Made by a program: the position numbers and the translations under genes
The notes under the pieces: generated by a model
Databases searched by the model: none
Seen by the model: the letters and a program-made list of their open reading frames with translations, nothing else
What the model was told of the DNA's origin: nothing
In this document: piece after piece, positions 35,936-41,700 of the stretch
Position numbering within the stretch: position 1 is the first letter of the stretch
Layout: each line of letters opens with the position of its first letter
Source of the DNA: Octopus bimaculoides
Lineage: Eukaryota
Assembly (NCBI RefSeq): GCF_001194135.2
Contig: NC_068981.1
Coordinates: 52,568,297 to 52,609,996 of the forward strand
Direction of reading: 5' to 3'
DNA length: 41,700 bases

Positions 35936-37599
35936 ACTAGTTTATGTTTCAAATAAAGTACACATAACTTATCTGATCCAGGGATTGAACTCACATTCAA
36001 TAACTAATTAACCTCTGACACTTGATGCTTATATTGACTATCCTATTGCTCCCATCAAACAATTAGGTAGCAGAATATAGAAACTTTAAATCTACCTTTG
36101 TTTTATGATAGTAAGTTACTAAATCATTTTACCCACAACAGTTCAAATTTATTGATCACGAGAGAAACAAACAGATTAAGTTAATGTTTCTTATTTGCAT
36201 ATAAACATTAACACAGAAACCTTCTGGTTATAATTACCAAATGCTATGAATCAACACATGCATGCATTCGTTACGTGAAAAAAATCAAATGATCATTTGC
36301 AAGAAAAACAATGAAGAACAATAAAAAAATAACTGAATCAAGTACTCGTTAGACAACTACTAACTATTTGTTAATAGAATTGACTGTATGAATCATTTAT
36401 GAGTATTTCATTAAATTACTTTATTTTAATATTTTTTTTTCCTGTTTCACATCTTTCTTTCCTTGCTTATAATTTTTTTTTTTTTTTTTGGAATATTTTA
36501 TAGCTGGATTCCCTTTGTAATAAGATAGTAACACTTTTTTTTGTCAGTTAAGCAAGCTGGAGCTTTTGTTGAGAGGCAAAAATTATAAACTAATGTAAGA
36601 TTTCAAAATATGCTCATGTGATCCAGTATATTAGCCTCACAGCCATTGTGCTTTTCTCAATTCTAATCTAAAATGTACACTTAACTCCTACCTAGAGTCA
36701 AATACATTTTTAAAAAAACTACCAAAGGCTAAGCTGAAATCAAATACAACTAAGGAGACTACAATGACAGGGTTACAGCTGCAAGTCAGTACAATCAGAG
36801 CTGACTTGGGGATAAACAACAACCTCTATGACTAATCATAAAATTATTATTGCTTTATTTTCTGTGTAAATATATGTGTGTGTGTGTGCACGCGTGCGTC
36901 TCAGAATTAAAGATGTTGCTTTCGTTTATATTTTATTTTCTCTGTTACCCAATGGTGGCTAATCTTAGTTATCCAAACTACTCCAATACACAGTTACTAT
37001 GTTTCCATTCTTATATAATAAAATTTCAGAACACTTCCTCAAAACTGTTTCTAACATATTTTACAGATTCAAATTGTATACTGAAATGAAGAAATTTCAA
37101 ACCTATTGCTCTAATTTTCTAATAATGATAGTATATAGGTACCGACATTAAGAATTACACACATCTTGATCCAGTGTTTAATAACAGTGGTTATAAGAAT
37201 AGCCATTACAGATAACTGAACTTGTTGATTGTATACTTACTGGAAATTCAACTATTGTTTCAATTTAAACAACACTTCAATTTACTTTAAAATATTGTAG
37301 GAATTTTATATTTTAATACCTTTCATGTTACATTTCACATGCATTTCTTTTCTTTAATATCCCTAATTTTTTTATATTTCCTTTATTTTTGGAACTGTTT
37401 CAATATTTTTTTACTTAATTAAAACCAAACTCTAGATTATGAAGTACATATCCAAGCATTAAGTCTTATAACCTTTGTAGACAAATTGAACATAACCAAC
37501 AGTGAACAATCTCAGAACTAAATACTTTAATATACTTATATATATTTTCTGTTTATATATACTGTTCTCTGCCAAAATCAGCCTTTTGCTCAGTCCCAT

Positions 37600-37705
37600 T
37601 TAAAAGTGCTCATGCCAGTGTCATGTTAAAAGCACCCAGCACACACTGTAAAGTGGTTGGCACTAGGAAAGGCATCCAGCCACAGAAACCAAGCCAAATC
37701 AGACA
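37600..37705 (+). mobile_element. RTE-related short element fragment
   Basis: AAAAGCACCCAGCACACACTGTAAAGTGGTTGGCACTAGGAAAGGCATCCAGC. Confidence 0.7.
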
Positions 37706-39819
37706 AAACCGATGACTGATAGGTTTCCTAATTTGTCAGGAGCTAGGATCAATTAATTCTACCAAGCAATTACTGCATGGCATTAAGAGAGGTAGAACCT
37801 AGAGAATTATTGCATTATTTAGTGTGTGATGAAGGTATGCCAAGATGATTATATCCTACATAAACCAAACCAAACTGAACGTAGCCAAAGTTAACAATTT
37901 TTCTTGACAAAAGACCAAAGTTTTTTTCCTTCAATTTTCTTCTATATTGTTGAGATCAATGTAGAGTGAAATGTAAACATTTGGAAATTGATAGCTGCAT
38001 TTGGAAATTGATAGAACCAATTCCAAAGGGTTTTACTGAAATGTGTTGGGAGTAATAAAGTATATTCTAGAATCAAGAACTCTGAGTTTTGAGATAACTA
38101 GCAGTTTTATCATTCCTTTCAATCTTTAAAAAATATATATAAACCTTTTTCAGCTATTTAATAAAAGATAAAAGTTTCCCCACAAAAATCTTTTTTTAAA
38201 CAATTGGTAGTCTATTAATTTCTCAGAGAACCAAGTTTAAATCCAATTACTACATTTTTATATCCCTTACAAGTTTTTTTTATTTATTTATTTTTTTTTT
38301 ATCTCTGAGGACTTTTGTCAAGGTAAAAAAGTATTACAAAACTAACCAATCATTCAGAAAATTTCTTTATAAATGGAACACACACACTTTGTTTGATAGT
38401 TAAAATCATTAGACCATGTATAACAGATAAAGACATGAATGAATTGTAGTTCAACACTTTTCAAATGTTTAAAAATGGATAAAACAGATAAAAATAGTAA
38501 ATACTTACTGCTGTGTGAGTGGGCACAGGTATTGAATTATGAAAAAGGAAAAAAAAAGAAAAAAAAATGTTAGAATTTAAAAACAGGATTTATTTCAAAC
38601 AGAAAATAATTTTATATTTTCTCTCATTTACATTTTTTCAAGAAAAAACAATGTATTTTTCAAGAAAAGAACTCTGAAGAAAAACAATTTAAATTATATT
38701 TTACTACACCCATTCACAGGTAACATATACTGTCCATGAGCAAAACAAGCAATTAAAACAAAATAAATCAAATGAAATAAAAAGTTTGTTAAATGGCAAA
38801 ATAGAATTCTGTAAGTAGTAATTAATTTAAGTGTGCTGTTTAAAAAAAAATGTAAATTATTATTATCAGTAAGACACACCTCATGCCCACCCCACAAAAG
38901 TTTTCTTAGTAATTAGATGTATAAATTCTTTATAAACAAACACCATCGTGAAGATTTTAAGGTGTATTTCTAGTTTAGATTGGATATGTAATTAAACTTA
39001 ATCATTGCTGAATTGCTTAATTTACAGTGGGATGCCTTTTATTTACTTTGTTAAACCAAACTATCTCAGTTACGGTAATCATTAGCTCATTAAACATAGT
39101 CATCATTGTTCTAACTTTTGGATTCATCAGCTGCATAGGAATGATGAAACAACCCACATTTACAATCAGATAGATTAAAACTTATGTACTTTGATTTATA
39201 CTAAATACGATATTCTTCAGCCTGTACAGTGTTTACAATTTTACTGCTATAAAACATCACAATTATCATATCCATTGTATAACCTTCACGCCTCTACTGA
39301 AAGAATTCTTTACGAATATAGTTTCATCATACTAAACGACACACAAATCTCTAAACAGTATAAAGGGGATTTATTTGATGAAAAACAACTTGTAGATGTT
39401 CCAAGAATCTTACTTTAAAATCATAGTGCTAACTTATTTTCAAGCATTTGTCCACAGATAACATCATTAGGTATTCACTGCTAGCAAAAAGAGTTTACTA
39501 TAACTTTCAGTAGAAAGATCTGATAACTTTATGTCAACTGCATTTCACATGAACAATGCTCTGTATGTACTAGGAATTATGATTCCTAGCAATCTCTACT
39601 GGAAGTTCATACTTTAAATCACAATAAAAAATGCACTCTAAGTAGACATTCTTTTCAAATTCAAGTAATATTTCTACAAGACCCAACAATACTACTATTA
39701 ATTGCTGATTCCATATCTGGGACAAGGTATCCTATTTTGATTTCAGAAATCATAGGCATAAGTAGAAAAACTTCTGATTAAAAATCTTCAGTCTGTAGCT
39801 CACCATTGTGCAGTTTCCA

Positions 39820-39890
39820 CTGAGTATTGGGCTCAATGTTATTGACTAACCCCTCCCCCAAATTTCAGGCCTTGCACCTAGAGTAGAAAG
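39820..39890 (+). mobile_element. Family B SINE 3' fragment
   Basis: GAGTATTGGG..ATTGACTAACCCCTCCCCCAAATTTCAGGCCTTG resembles the 3' parts of 31450-31870. Confidence 0.5.
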
Positions 39891-41584
39891 AATTTACTGT
39901 CATCACTGTCACCACTACTATCTCCACCTACAGATTTCTTGATTTTAAAGAAAAGTTCATTTTGCTGAAATCAACTATTTCTATTATTTAAAAAATATTA
40001 TTTTTAACAGCATAGTTAGTATTTGATGCTTTTAGCATGATTATCTTGTAATTATTTTCAAAATGCATTTTAATGAAATTGTCAGCAAGCTTTCCAACAG
40101 TGCAGGCTTTAATTTCTACTAATCTGCTATAATTGCTTCCAACAGAGATTCCTTGCTTTTAAAGGTTCTTGAAATCTTAATGAACTGCCATACATTTCTA
40201 ATAGTATTTAAGTTAGGTTCCAATACTAAAATATTGATTCTAATGCGGAAACCACTACAATCAGTTTTTTTCATTCAAGTTAGCACAACCATTTTCATAT
40301 TTGAGCGTTCATTCTTTTTACTACAACTAACTGTCAAGTTGGAAAAGAAAGGTATAAAGCCCCACCTCTTCTTTTCTGAAGAAAATTGCAATTAACTATT
40401 CAAATAAAATAATTATCCATTATCATTTTACATGTACTTTCTATGCTAGCATGGTTTTGACAGGGCATGATGATTTGAGTCAATTCTTATTCAAAGGTGT
40501 GGGGAGCCATTTCCTAACATCAACTGATTTACTGAGTGTACTTGGTACATTTTATCATGGCATCAGTATGAGTGAAGATGCTCTGTACCTGCAAAACAGA
40601 AGGGGATTTTCACTGCTCTCCATTACCTTTGTTTATTCAGGACAACATAACTAATATGATGAGTAGAATAGAAGGTGATTGTAGATGAACTTAGGTGCAA
40701 GAGTGAAAAAATATATGAAAGGGAGTCAGTGAGTGAGGTAATGGTGTGAAAGAGAAAGAAATAGGTGAGACAGTGTTTTGGAAGTGACAAAGTATTAAAG
40801 GTAAATTGTAATGGGAGAGAGACAGTCATGACATAGAGTAATGGGGGAGACACAACTAATGTTAACTACATGTACGAAGTAAAAGAGTGCTTGAGGGAGG
40901 GATAGGCACAACTGGGAGCAATATGGAAGGGAATAGTAATGCTAAGCGGCACAGGTGATGGATGGTTAGTCGAGCTGGTAATGGAAAGAGAGTGATGACT
41001 ATCAGTAAAAGAGTAACCTGAAGGAGAGGGAGTGATGTTGGACAGCAGAGAAGGGTAAATGCATCAACATCGATAAATTCAATGCAATATTTTGTTAATC
41101 AGGCATTGTGATGGAAAAGAAACACTAATGAAAACAACAGAGAAAGAAGGGGTTTGTGATGAATCATTGTAGGAATGGTCAGTAGCAAGGGGGTGATGGG
41201 TTATGTGGTGCAGTGAATAGAAGGCGAAGCAACAGCGGTAAGAGGATATCAAATAAGCAAGCAGAGAAACAAACGAAAACTTAGCAGCAACAAAATGGGT
41301 AATAGGCCCAAATGTGGATATGTAAAGCTGTCTCCAACATCAGAATATAACCCTAACCTTCAAATGATATTTAAAAAGGAAAATTTTTTAAAGAAATACT
41401 AGTCCATCCATCAACAGTTGAATATACTTTGACTAACAACGACTTCCTACTTGAGTGAACTATGGTGTTTGAAGACATGACTGACTTAAAAGCCTTCACC
41501 CAGGTGGTGCTATTATTTTACACATGCCCTGAGTCAAAACTGAGCAAAATCTACCAAAGATTCTCAGGATGTCCTCATACATAA

Positions 41585-41668
41585 ATGTGTGTGTGTGTGT
41601 GTGTGTGTATTTGAGTTAGAAAACAGAGAGATCTAATGGATACATATTGATTTATTAATTAATCAATA

Positions 41669-41700
<32 letters not shown>
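41585..41700. repeat. (TG)n (about 41586-41608) and (TA)n (about 41673-41700) microsatellites
   Basis: Directly visible. Confidence 0.9.

Overview
AT-rich, intron-rich animal genomic DNA, most likely from an octopus (inferred from the repeat families). The only host gene I can support is the 5' end of a septin-7 (SEPT7/peanut-type) gene on the minus strand. A strong coding exon at 12250-12508 encodes [29 protein letters not shown] could not find the next (P-loop) exon in 1-12249, so the gene probably continues beyond the left edge. The putative promoter lies in a locally CpG-rich zone at about 22.9-26.1 kb. The main observation is a predicted frame-coupled N-terminal switch. A 13-nt coding tip (ATG TTC ACT TCG G|GTGAGT, 25567-25579) reaches the septin frame only through a candidate 5-nt microexon (13006-13010), giving [17 protein letters not shown] second donor (25089) instead joins a 129-aa extension in frame only if the microexon is skipped. 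The rest is transposon-derived: decayed RTE LINEs, several SINE families, TTAA-flanked MITEs and a 1.2-kb non-autonomous Helitron with both termini and a helicase fragment. All splice models are predictions read by eye, without RNA evidence. Repeat boundaries are approximate unless stated otherwise.
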